In this document: positions 1 to 12,192 of the stretch, in pieces
How the letters are laid out: every line of letters starts with the position of its first letter
Position numbering within the stretch: the first letter of the stretch is position 1
NCBI GenBank assembly: GCA_020536535.1
Contig: JAHLWZ010000399.1
Coordinates: 1 to 43,115 of the forward strand
DNA: 43,115 nucleotides
Source: Pelomyxa schiedti
Lineage: Eukaryota > Protista > Evosea
Direction: 5' to 3'
Notes under the pieces: model-generated
What the model was told of the DNA's origin: nothing
Seen by the model: only the letters and a program-made list of their open reading frames with translations
Databases searched by the model: none
Made by a program: the position numbers and the translations under genes

Positions 1-587
1 GCAATGGTCTCAGCAAGCACTGTTAGAGAATGAGAATAGTCTTTGATTGTGCACTTTGCGACACAGGTGGACATTTCAAAGAGTCGAACTGGGCATCCAC
101 AAACTGGTGTCCATTGCTGATCGTGCTTGTTGTGTTTTCCCTCGACATACAAGAAATGAGGACCTGGCTGAGTTATACGGAATGAAACCTACACCCACAC
201 TCTGGCTCAGATTTCATTGACTTTCACTTACATACACTGTCTTCTTTGTGCAAGAACGGCATACCTCACCATCATCAAATCTGCCGTAAGAGACGGAGAT
301 GCTCCGCCGGTACTTTTTCGCCGGTCACAAATTTGGGCTGCGGCAGTCGTTATTGATCTGAATGTGATGTTGTTATTTGGTACCTTCAATTTCAATTGTT
401 GTGACTGTTCCAACATTGCAGCACTTTTGGAATTACAGATTTGCTAAAATCGACATCTTCATTTTCGTTAAAGCACCAAAAAGAATTTTTTTACCACGGC
501 CACTAACCTTGTACATTTACAGCTGTAATTGTAGATGAACCGAGGTTGATTGAGTATCGTCCAGTCGTCTGTGGTATCCAATTGGAT
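1..587. repeat. Near-identical duplicate of 2177-2450 carrying an extra 312 bp (122-433)
   Basis: 1-121 matches 2177-2297 and 434-587 matches 2298-2450 (one T-run length difference). The junction shows 2-bp AT microhomology. Confidence 0.95.
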
Positions 588-687
588 NNNNNNNNNNNNN
601 NNNNNNNNNNNNNNNNNNNNNNNNNNNNNNNNNNNNNNNNNNNNNNNNNNNNNNNNNNNNNNNNNNNNNNNNNNNNNNNNNNNNNNN
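588..687. other. Scaffold gap (100 N)
   Basis: Run of N. Confidence 1.
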
Positions 688-809
<122 letters not shown>

Positions 810-2199
810 GGCGACTTGCGAAGAAAAGACACGGCACGTGAACGTCAAGTAAACAACCTGTCCCAGGAGGAAATATTACAGTATCACAAGTGCAGTATTG
901 CACTGCTTGTTGGGGGGGGACTGCAAGTCAGACGCCAATGCAACGAATTGAACGAGAACCTACCAGTAACCTCAGTAAATTAAGTCGTAATGTTAAAGGG
1001 GACTACTTGACTTTGAGTGGGAGTTATCCCCTTGGTGCTCCTCGCCAGGGTTTTTTCTATTCCTTCGGTTTCGTAGACTAAGATCCTTGGATAGATTGGA
1101 TCCCAAAAGTGATTCACAAATCTTCAAGTGTTTTATTTCTATCCAGGCAAGGCTATCAACAAACCTGACGTGTTTGGCTCTACGCCATTCCATTTATGAA
1201 TTTTGTTCGCATCAACTGTGTAGACAACGGCAGGTATATTTGGTGCTTAAAAGATGTGGGTGGATTTTCACTTACAACCATCCATACAGTTTTTGGCCGG
1301 AGGGATCTAATGCGGCGGAAATTGTCCCATACTCCCTTTTGCAAGCATATGTGAGGGCGCAAAGCAGAAAGATGACCTTACAGTACATCAAATGTGATGT
1401 ACGTCTCTTCTTTCCATGTGAATTGGATGTTGTGGCCTAGAGAAAGTAAAAAGGAAAGGTTTATCAGATTGAACATACCACTGCAAGGAAATTTCCACAC
1501 AGATCAAGCTAATAGAACCTCCCCCTCACTTAAGCTGAGTCGAAGGGTCTGCTTTGGCACTCCTTTTTAGACTGTAGAAGTGTACATTGGGATTGTTCAC
1601 ACCAAATTAAGGATTTATTGTCATGTGCAGCTGCGGCTCTCCACTATTACACCGAGTGTTTCCACTTTTAAAAGTAGTTTTTAAGCACATTGTTGAGTGT
1701 TATATTTGTGGCTCACCGTTGGCATCAACCAATACTTGGCAAACAGCAACTTGTTGCCCATTCATTCCACACGCAGACAGTTTGCTCAAATACTTTGGCA
1801 CACTTGATACTCATATCTAATGCCATTACAGAAGACTTCTGCTTGCTTTGCTGTTTGGCACTTTACAAAAAATCAAAAAAACATGCAGGACATACTTGGT
1901 GGCTCGTGCTTCTCAGTTTTGAGCTCTTTTGGGGAGAGTTGGAACAATCCAATTCTCGTGGAAGCACACATGCTCCACTCCACTGAAGTTGCAACTAGTG
2001 CCTCTACGTGATCATGAAGTGTTCGCTACAAGTGCACTATCAGATTCTGCACAACATTTTAATAAAAATATGCCTGTATGTTATGTACAAACCCCAATGC
2101 TATATCCTGAGTTTTCCCCTCAAGGGAAAAAATCCGATGCAACCTCCACCAATGGCCTCCGTTCTTGCCATCCCAGGCAATGGTCTCAGCAAGCACTGT

Positions 2200-2750
2200 T
2201 AGAGAATGAGAATAGTCTTTGATTGTGCACTTTGCGACACAGGTGGACATTTCAAAGAGTCGAACTGGGCATCCACAAACTGGTGTCCATTGCTGATTAC
2301 AGATTTGCTAAAATCGACATCTTCATTTTCGTTAAAGCACCAAAAAGAATTTTTTACCACGGCCACTAACCTTGTACATTTACAGCTGTAATTGTAGATG
2401 AACCGAGGTTGATTGAGTATCGTCCAGTCGTCTGTGGTATCCAATTGGATCTGTGCTTTGGCTGAAGTTGAAGAAGAATCTTTTGGAATGTTTTGCCACT
2501 TGACCTGAAGGGACTCAGCTGCATAAAGGCAGGGGTGGTGAATTGTGTGGGGGATGTAAAATTACTTGCAAACCAGTGTCGCGATGGTCAGAATCAAAAA
2601 CAAACAGCGAAATTCAGCCGTTCGAGTGAAGGAATGATAAGAAAATCCGGAATTGGTGATCCGCTCAAGTTGGGGAGATGCAGAACAGTTACTGTATCCT
2701 TCATTGGAGTCCAACAAGTGGGACCGAGGGTAGAACAACTGATGACCATC
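2200..2750 (-). pseudogene. 3' fragment of a B-box/coiled-coil gene family member with an FN3-like segment
   Basis: Minus strand reads ESLQVKWQNIPKDSSSTSAKAQIQLDTTDDWTILNQPRFIYNY (FN3-like W/Y pattern). 2615-2750 is 135/136 identical to 29802-29937, which lies at the 3' end of the B-box gene. In-frame stops are present. Confidence 0.4.
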
Positions 2751-2927
2751 TACACGGTACGCTGTCCAGATCCACGACTCGACTCGTATCGTAAGTGCAT
2801 TTCTAGATCGCGCACGCACCGGGGCGGATGCTGCCACCGCCGCCCCGACCACTACTGCGTCCGTGTCCACATTCCCAGCAACAGACCACGCCACCACGAC
2901 ACCGAGTTCAATCTCCGTCGCCCGCAG

Positions 2928-3041
2928 TGGGCCGTCGCTCGCCTGCATTGTGTGCGGCGAGGAGTTCGCTACTTTGAGGTTGCTCCTGTCCCACCCCAGC
3001 GCGGTGCACGAGCGCAGGCAGTCACCCTTGCCCGAACACAT
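2928..3041 (+). repeat. 114-bp repeat encoding a C2H2 zinc finger, shared with 33694-33807
   Basis: 2 mismatches between the copies. Encodes CIVCGEEFATLRLLLSHPSAVH. Confidence 0.9.
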
Positions 3042-3067
3042 TATTAATTGGTACGCCAATTGTGGCG

Positions 3068-4165
3068 CAGGGGATCACACCTCGCCACACCAATGCTTTT
3101 CGGAGTTTCCGCTTCGGAACCAACTTAGTTTACTCCGCAATAAGTTGGGGTGCGGCAAACTTGGGGTAAAAAACGAACTAGTGCTTTTCCAGTGGTGGTT
3201 GTGCTTCTGGGTGGTTTCTGTGCCAGGAACGTGTGTGATGCTGTTTAGGGGGTGGTGTTTTGTGAAATTGTGGGGAGTGTCTTTGTGTGAATTAAGCACC
3301 ACCTTGTGGAACCTCTTTTTGATTTTTTAGGAGCAGGAGCCACAGTGGTGGTCATCTCCTAATGCAGTTACAGCTTGGGGAAAGCTTGTCCACTGGTGGA
3401 AGTATGCTCCCAGTTGCTTGCACAGTGGTCATTAATATACTTTAGAAATCCTTTGCTCAACCCATACAACAGCATTTAGCACAGTCAACCAATGAGTGGC
3501 CAGAGGAAGGGGAATGGTGGTTTCATCAGGGGGATCTAACTTATGGTTGTGACACCAACGCAAAAATTGAGAGATGGCCTCTGAGGAGTTCATTCCTTTA
3601 TGAAAAATCCACCAAATGTGAAACATTCCCACTACATTGACATTAGGGCTTTTTATTGAGTGCTTGAATGACCCCTTTTCATTGACCCCACATGCTGTTG
3701 CAATCCCATGATTCAAGCTCACTCTGCACACTGTAGTATTCTCCACAGCAGAGTGGTATGCAATGAACACAGGAGTGAAGCTCCGACAGCGTCTCTTGTA
3801 CTCATCCATAAGTAAATGATAGGTAGTAACCCCTTTCAAATTGGCTGCAAGGTGCTGGAAATCCAATTCAGCCAGGGCAACATTGATATTAGTCATCACA
3901 CATGAGAAATGGCAAGAATTTCAGGTACCTTTCTGGCTGGCACTCACATAGGTTGACAGCCAGCGAATGCACCTTGCTTCCAACAGTTTGTCACAAGTCG
4001 AGTCATTGTGTGCCCACAGTAAAAAAAAACCTCACAATCTTAGAAAACAACACCTCAAGTGAAAAAACTTGCACCCACCACCTTCGATAGCAATAGGATC
4101 GTTTTCGGAGTAAACTCCTAAAAAACCCTGTTTTTTGCCGATTTCCACACTTCTGACATCACCTG
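3068..4165 (-). mobile_element. Decayed, internally deleted hAT-like DNA transposon
   Basis: ORF 3432-3899 has YHLLMDE (first catalytic D region) and PLATHWLTVLNAV (TRW-like motif). Imperfect termini CAGGGGAT (3068) and ATCACCTG (ending 4165). Subterminal inverted AGTTTACTCCG (~3127) / CGGAGTAAACT (~4106). No TSD seen. Confidence 0.45.
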
Positions 4166-4520
4166 ATCACCATGTCTTCCCAACAATATTTGCATATTTA
4201 TGACCTTGTTTTGGTTGAGAGACAGCCCTGCAAAGAAAGCAATTTTTTATATTTTCGAGTAAGCTCCATCTTTGAGTTAATATTTGATACACAGAAGTCT
4301 CGTTCATCTTCTTCCTGACAGATACTCACTACTATCTCTACTAGGCAAGCCTTCAACCTCAATTACATCCTCTTGAAACCCCACATTTCAAGTCCCGTCG
4401 AATTTTGTGTGGAGCCAGGTGAAGTGGAACAAATCAAAGGGGTTGGCTTTGAGAGGGAGTTTGCTGTCAAATCATCCTGACACCAACACCGGAAGAGGAA
4501 AAAGAATTTCATTTTTTGAA

Positions 4521-7500
4521 TCACCCCAAAGACTCAACAAATTTTGTGGCACTTGATAGAAATGCTCCATGATCCAGAGATAGTCTCCTGGCTTCCTTAT
4601 TGGCCCAGCTCATTGCTTTTTGGTAGAGCAGCTGCCATTCCTCTTCTAGTGCTGCTAGAGCTACTTTCAAGTACGCTATGGGTGTGGATATTAGTAGTGA
4701 CTACAAGAAATAGAGAGACGGGGATTCTTTTGGTACCAAGTACAATGTGAGAAACCCATAGGCAATCAAGCTCCTCCTTTGTAACTGGGCGAGTTGTTGA
4801 TGTAGGGAGTATCACAGGTGGGGGAGTGGCACTTTCCCACTGGAAGCCCATCAGTTCCGCAACCTGGTCAATGCAGGTGTGCGGCCACGAGCCATCAGCC
4901 CGTTGGAACATGATAAGCTTGGATAGAAGTTGGTGTTGATCCAGAGTTTTGCCAGATGGAGGCGAGGTTGTGGCATTATTAGTACTACAAGGAGTAGTGG
5001 CAGTAGGGTCGATAGGTGTTGCCGATGAGCTTGTGGTACATGTTTCTGGAGTGTGTTGTGTGTCACATGGGGCAGCGGGAGTTGATGTGTTAGGTAGGGT
5101 GCCTGTTGTTGGTTGTGGTGATTCTTTGGGGGCATCATCGGGAGAGGGTGCGGGTGTAGTTGAGGATATTGGGGTTCGTGTTGTGGTTTGTGTGAGTGCT
5201 GGTGGATTGTTGCTTGTTGGACTGGCAGGGCTTGAGAAATTGTTCACAGCAGAAACCACTGAAGCAAACAGACTTGTAATGGAGACTTTTGCTTGAGATA
5301 ATAATTCTGCTCCTTGGGTGAGGAGATCACTTGTTCCCGACTTTTGTCGCAACGGTGTCTGTCGGCGCCTGAAGGAGGAACCAGCTCCCAGAGATTCAGT
5401 GGTGGCAATGACTTGCTCGATTTTTTCCCCACGTTCGAGCACCTTCTCAATATTTTGGGTCACAATGCTCCTCGTTCCCTCGATCTCTGAGCGAACTCTA
5501 AATCAGGAACTCCATGTTAGCGCAAATGTGTGCATTACTGAGGAGGAAAAACCTAGTGACCCTGTCCTCCCATGTAGACTGAAAAGCATCAAAAGTGGGA
5601 CATCCAGTTGCAGCGGGAACTGGGGAAGAGGTTATAAGAGCGTGAGTCATAGAGCCCGATGCAGAATCTGTCCTCGCGCATTCTGCTACATAAGATGTCT
5701 CTGAACACAGGACACCGTATTTGCACGAAATGGTAATCATCTCGTTTTTTGCAGCTGTATTTCCAGCATTCTCCAGCTCCAGTATGCGAGTTCTATTTGT
5801 TTGAGTAATTAAAGAAACTTAAGCGCATTTTTGGAACCGTGCCCCATGACAGTGGAGTGAATCCCCTTCAACAACCTCAAACTCGGAATGTGGAAGTGAG
5901 ACTTCGATGGGATTGTTCCCTCCTCTCCCAGTTACAATTATTTGCCCATCCTTGTGACTCAGAATCCTTTTTGAGAGGCTTCATTGGTAACTGGGCGCAA
6001 AGTATAGTGAGTACCTTCCGTTGGAATAGGCGAACACAAATTTGGAACTATGATTGAAGGTACTAAGATTTGAAGGGTAGTAAACCGAAGTGGGATATCC
6101 CCAGTTCACACTAACATCCTCGATTTTACATTCTAGGGCGTATGAAAGCAATCTCATAACCTTGCAACATGTTATGTACAGTGTATTTTAAAGTGGTATA
6201 CTGAAGGTTCAATCCGTTCATCTTGCAACACAAAATCTGCAAAGCCGTTGCCTCGCTCAGCCAAACCAGTCACCAACTCTCTGCAGCAATCTCCGATCCC
6301 CAGTGCGAAAACTGTGCAATCATCACGGTGATGTCTTAGCGAGACTGCCTCGAATACAGATGAAGTATCCTCCACTGCGCCATCAGTGATCACAATCACC
6401 TTCCTGCAAAGAATATTCAACAATTATACTTTATTTCTTGAACAAGTACCTTGAGAAATTAGGAGGGACAGGTTGTTGTAGAACATCTCTGAGTGGAGCC
6501 AAAAGATTAGTGCCACCCAAGTCAGCCTGGATAGCAGAAACCGCAGCACTGGCAATTTCAAGCTGCTGTTGGGTATAAGGAACGGAAGTAGGGAACATTT
6601 TCACAAAAGTGCTTCCGAATCTTTGGGGAAAGTTCATAGCATTAAGGAAAAGATAAAACAAAGATGCAAAAATGGTACCCCACAACGTTAATTCTGTTAC
6701 CAACCTTGAATGATGGAGTTAATGTAGAGTTTCGCACATGTAAGTATTTCAGGGTGAATTTGATACAGGTATTGAGCGCAAGAACAACTGCAGGGATAAA
6801 ACTGCTTGTTCAATTTGATGGCCTGCCATAGAACCACTCCTATCCACAAGAAAAACCTTCATAGGTAGTAAGGAAAAAAGTCATGCAAAGAAGAGGGAAT
6901 TATAACTAGCTCTGTATTTATAGTCTCTTCAATGGAAATGCTGGGAGTGAAAAGAAGAGCAAGACATGTTGTATCACTGGCAGAGTTGTACTCGCCAATG
7001 CAAGATAAAGGCTTGATCCCTATCATATTCACATTGAGATTAAAGTCCCTCTCCATCGCTGCAAGAGAGAGGGAGACTGTGAAAAGCCTTGCATTGGCTG
7101 AGGCCGTTGTGGTGGTGGTAATAGTGTGGGAAGGTGATTCTAAAGTAACATTATCACAGGGTGGTAGCTCTGTTCATCAATCAGAAGAGAACCCCAGGAA
7201 AGAGGACATACTGATATCCATGTTGATGTCCAGGCTAATGCTCGAGCTCCTTGGCAGCAGCGGAACTGAAAAAATGGGTGTGAAAATGTGGAGAAGCGAT
7301 CTCATCAATATCCTGACCTGAACTAGCTGGAAGTACGAATTTCCATATTTGTCCATTGTGAGATGGTTGGACAAGCAATTGACAAATGCAGGTTATAGAG
7401 ACAATAGCCATCAAATGAGGAGCAAGGTTCCCAAGAGAAAGTTTAATAATTTCACCTTTACTCTCGACAAGGGTGGCTGAGTTTCCCCGAGAAATGGCGT

Positions 7501-8307
7501 CATCATATCTGCTTCAAGGTAGCATATAAAATAAATTTATTACCACTCACTTATCGGAAGCTGCATTGCTCTTCATGCACCTACCTACTATTGTCTTCTC
7601 ACCAATTGTTGTGATAAATCGCCGGATAGTTGCCTGTGGTGTTGAAGGGAACCAGAATTCAACCTCCAAGGAGTTGGCACTGTCATTAGTGAAAGTGTAT
7701 GTAATCGTGTATTCCCCCAGAAGGCCTTCCAAGAAGGGGAAATAAAATAACCACGACAAGAAGGAATTAGGAATTTCACAAAGCGGCCAAAAGAAAACAA
7801 AAGGAAATTTCAAAAGCACACACCATTCAGAGTTCCAGTAACAGCTACCTTCGTAAGTGGCACCTCAATCATCGGCCCATTCGTGACCCTCATCACGGCG
7901 TACTGCTTCCTCACCCCTCCCACAATTGCCCCGCCGGCGAACCTCGGCGGCGCCCCCGACACAGCCGGCGGCGGCCTCACAGGCAACCGGTCCAGCATCT
8001 CTTCGTTGAACGCCCAGCACTCACGGAACGACAGAGGCCTGCGAGCAGCGGAGGAGCCGCCGCCGCCGCTTACGTAGTCCGGGGCCCAGCTGCAGCACAC
8101 CATGACGGCGTCGGGTCGGCCCGCCACGTAGAACATGACGTTTTGGTGGATGTACGACTTGCGGATGGAGTTGCCGGGGTCACGCGACACCAAGGACCGG
8201 ACAAGGTAGTCGGACACGGTTGCGATGTTGTTCCCAGGGGTGTGCTCGTAGCGCAGCCGGGTAACCGCCCCATCACTGTCAACTTCGTAAAGGCCCCAGA
8301 ACAACAT
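4521..8307 (-). CDS. Multi-exon VWA5A-like protein: longin-like N-terminus + VIT + vWA + R-SNARE (synaptobrevin) motif + C-terminal helical domain
   Basis: Hand-spliced through GT-AG introns without frame breaks. VIT: FTNDSANSLEVEFWFP...IGEKTIVG...YDDAISRG...LSLGNLAP. vWA MIDAS: FLVDRSGSM, GGTNL, VITDG, VFALGIG. VWA5A tail: ISCKYGVLCSETSYVA, LIMFQRADGSW, EEWQLLYQKAMSW. SNARE: IVTQNIEKVLERGEKIEQV. Stop TGA at 4521-4523. Confidence 0.9.
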
Positions 8308-8437
8308 CGTTTCGTTTTTGAACCGTCAGGGGTTCCGCGAATGTCGCATCGGTTTTTTTGAACCTTCCAAAAACTGGGTTGTGAGAAAAAGAAGAACGAG
8401 AAGTACCCAAGTGCTTTAAAGACTGTACAAAGGGGGT

Positions 8438-10295
8438 TTAGGAATCATCGGGAGTGGGAGAGGCCGCTGATGTGGTGGTAGACGTTGTGGAAGCGGAGGC
8501 GGAAGCGGAGGCAGAAGCAGATGTAGAGGCAGCACCTTCCGAAGCACCCCATTCTTCGGCCCAGTCTTGGAGGAGTTCGTTTATCAGTGAAGACTGTGTG
8601 GCGTGCGTGTTAGCACTGGGATAGTAGTTACCATTTTTCTAACCTGTCGGGTTTTGAAGGCGAGGCGCTGCGGTAAACCTGTGGAAGCAACAAACTGGAG
8701 GGAAAAGTTCCTCCTATCTGATTCCCACCAGGTTATCCTTTCATGTGGGCAAGAGGCAATTTTCTAAGGTTGGGTCAGTGGATAATGGCGGAATAAAACA
8801 GCACACCATGTCCCTGGGTTCAATGACATGGACTCCAAAAAAATTGATTCCAATGATTACTTGACCTTGGTATGGCTTTGGTTTTTGGTGAGGTTGTAGT
8901 AATATCCCATGGAATTAAGAAACACACTTGTTTCCAAAAGCTTTGTTGGGTGGGGACATAAATTGCTGAGAAGAAGGTGCTTCCATAATACCGCCACCTT
9001 CTTGTGGCTTCCAAGTAGAGAAACTTTAGTGAGATTGAGAAAACTCAAAGGTGCTGGAGGAAGACCATAAGAGAGTTTTTGTCTTTCCCGGCATGTCGAG
9101 AGTGTTCGGCATAAATTGCTTGTTCCCATTCCAATTCCTTTCTGGTTTTACGCAAATGCTCAGGAACATACTTTTGCAGTTCAACTCTACAAAGCATGTT
9201 AGGTAAACAAATAAACTCAGAAGAAAAAAAGAGAGATCAGAGTGGCATAGTATTTACACTAAGAAGCCCGGCTTATGAACATCAGGATTATAATCACCAG
9301 AGGCAACGTGTAATTGAATTCCTGCAAGCTTTATTGCAAGAGCCGCGTCACAAGGGTAACAAGATGAGATAACGTTATGTACTGCCTAACCATGTTTAAA
9401 ATAGGATCGTAGTTATGTGAGCGGAAAAACCTGAAGGTAAAAGAGTCGAATTGCGGGCTGTGATTTTGCTTGCATTTCTCTAACCAGGGGAAGCACAGCT
9501 GTTGGTCTAAATACAAGCTTAAACATAGGTGGCTCATGGGAGGTCTCTGTATGTGAGGTCGGTGATATTCCAGAATAAAGAGCGATTACCGGAGCTGCCA
9601 TACTGTGGAATGACAGAGAGAGTGCTTTTTCGTCTCAGAGTGGGTGCTGGCTTACCAGGGAGCGTCTCGAATGTGCGGGCTGGTGTGGCAGTGTTAATTT
9701 TACTAGTGCTCCTCCTGATACAAGGTGAATGTGAGATTAAATAGGGAACACAACGTACACATCTTCCTTGGAAAACATCAACGTTGTTGTTCGCTTTAAG
9801 GTTGCCATGGGTTTAAATGATGGAGGTGGTGTCAATTCAGATTTGAGCGACGGCCACTCGTCAATGACGTCACTTCAGTGCAAGTTAAAGATTTCAGAAC
9901 AAATGAAATGAAAAACCTCAGTTTGGCGTCGGAGAACATGAGAACCTCTGTGAACAGAGTTATTTGCATTTAGGGAATGGCAAACGAAACGTACCCATTT
10001 CAGAAGAGATTCCCCACAGGAAAAAACATTCAGCATCAACTGGACTCAACCCCAGTTTATCAGACATGATAGCCCACAAGTCTTCAACTGTTGTATTGTC
10101 TGGATCTACGTACACCTGTAATGCGTTAAGTGATTTCGGCATAAGCAACTCCGCAAATAAACAACGATAAGAAGAAGGGATAGGTAACTGTCTTGTACGT
10201 GTCATCTACGAGGTAAACACGTAGCAAGATCTGACTCGAAGCCGCCTGATAAGTGATTGGTTTTCTGTTGTAGGAAAAAATAAGCAGTGTACCAT
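8438..10295 (-). CDS. FERM domain protein (FRMD8/KRIT-like), multi-exon
   Basis: Spliced: MAASSQILLRVYLVDDTYKT-VYVDPDNTTVEDLW...FFLWGIS; AIRLFYLQAVHNVISSCYPCD...LAGIQLHVASGDYNP; RWRYYGSTFF; VIIGINFFGVHVI. Stop TAA at 8438. Confidence 0.85.
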
Positions 10296-11043
10296 TTATG
10301 TCGCTTTTGCGTCACGTCGTCACCGCTTCGTCCGTTTATTTCGTTCGTTTATTGTTGTTTGTTTTTAAATGATTTTCTCTGAAAAACAACCAGTTTCAGT
10401 CGACTTAGGCTCGACATGCGAGGACCACATGTGCCTAAAACAAGGTGTAGGCATGAAGGGGCTGTCGTGCACCCTTCAGGACTGCGAACCGAAAGGGATT
10501 CTCGTTATTGTCTTTGTCTGATTTTGGCGTGATGGTGACGTCAGTGTTTGGGTGATAGGGATCCTAGTCCTGATACGGTTCCAGGTTGGGGTGACCTCAA
10601 CTGTGATTGGTCACTGGGTGGGACCCCACAAAGGTCCTTTGTGCAAGTACCACATAAAGAGCTATTGCTGGAACAAAGGAACATGACTGGGATTGCCTAG
10701 TAAAAGCCAGTCAAGTATCTGAGCCTCAGGGACTGGGACTATGACTGTCCCTTTTAACCTACAACATGTCAGTCTGGGAGATGTCTCACATTGAATGGAA
10801 GTGTTTCGGGGTTTTGTGATAAACTTAAGTCGTTATGTTGAAACATTGGAGAATGGCCAAAGAGCACTGCCACCATTTATTAGAAGTGCGAATCACGTGC
10901 CATTGGGTGATAATTATTTCCTTGAACCACTCCTCTCTGTTCTGCCACAGCTTGTTCCTTGTTTCAAACTCTTTCTGAATTCGGGCCAAACCCAAGGGCA
11001 CTGACCTTTTGATATTGATTCTGGCAACTCGTTCAACACCGGG

Positions 11044-12101
11044 TCACACGCCACAAGGGAGGGTCGGGCCCATAACGAACTTGTAGGCGGATGGGCGACA
11101 GCACATGCTGACAGCCGGGTACATTGGCATTGATGTGTCCACATTGTCATAGCTCACGAGTGGCTTCATGTTCCTGAACACATCAACGTGGCCGCGCTGC
11201 TTGTCTGGCGATTCAAAGGTGAGCAGGAATGAGAACTGGTCCGATGTGGTCACCGGTGTCACATCAGTGACCCTTAGGCCTGTCACTGCAGCACCTTGGA
11301 CTCTGGTCTCAACTGCCCTGGTGAGTGACAGGCCAAATGACTTGACACCCCGTTTGCTGAGTGATGGGTATGTAATTGGGTAGTAGTCGCCCCCGACGCT
11401 TGAGGCACAATCAAGGACCATACCCACAAGTGTGGTGCTGGCTCCAATTCCTTCCTGGAAGATATTCCATGTTACTGGAACAAAATGTCAAAGAGGGGCC
11501 GGGACAAACCTGGCATGCACCAGGTTGGAATTCGACAACATCAAAAGCCCAATAGACCTTGTCGCTTTGGCCTGACAATTCCTGCAAGGATGGTTCCAAC
11601 CAAGCCAACCTCCCTCCAACACTGTCACCGCAAGAGTAGTCATCCACAGTCCCCCACTGTGGTGTGTCATCAATCACTATTAGTCCATCTCCAATGGTCC
11701 TCCAGTTTCCTCTCCTGTACACACAGATACTTCCTACATTGACATGGTTAATCACCAGGTTGTTAATGACATAAAAGCAAAAACGGAATAGACCCAGAAG
11801 GAACTCCACAACTAGCCTGGCCACAGACATAGGAACTCCAAATGAGGCCAGTGTCATTACACTGTGTGCACCAGCCCTGTAGTGCCATCCCATAAGGAAC
11901 GCAACGGCCTGCTGTTTGGTCGGGCCGTACTGTTTCCCATAATCCTCGCCGCCGTGGCTCGCCGTTCTGCTTTTGGTTTCGGCAGTGTTTGCAGACGAAG
12001 AACTAGCTTCCTGATGACTGTTGGAATGACAAACAAAAGATGTTGTCTTGAAATGAACCTACGGTTTTCTTGTGTTTGTGTTTTTTCAGCCAGGACAGCA
12101 T
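11044..12101 (-). CDS. Hypothetical protein with an N-terminal F-box-like motif (QAVAFLMGWHYRAGAHS)
   Basis: ORFs 11411-11893 and 11044-11427 can be joined by a phase-1 GT-AG intron. Short first exon MLSWLKKHKHKKT. Gene ends are uncertain. Confidence 0.55.
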
Positions 12102-12192
12102 TTCGCTGCGCGACTCCGCACTATCTCTTTAAATTTTTTCCAAACAAGAGAACAAGAATCAAAAATTTTAAGAGACGTGTTGGAAGGGGTTC

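Noticed and set aside
122-433. 312-bp insert as an intron or MITE
   Set aside because: No GT-AG on either strand at the ends and no TIRs.
6620-6905. TTCCTTAA/TTCCTTAC U12-like branch sequences in two vWA introns
   Set aside because: The donors (GTACCA, GTTATA) lack the RTATCCTT U12 consensus, so a chance match in pyrimidine tracts is likely.
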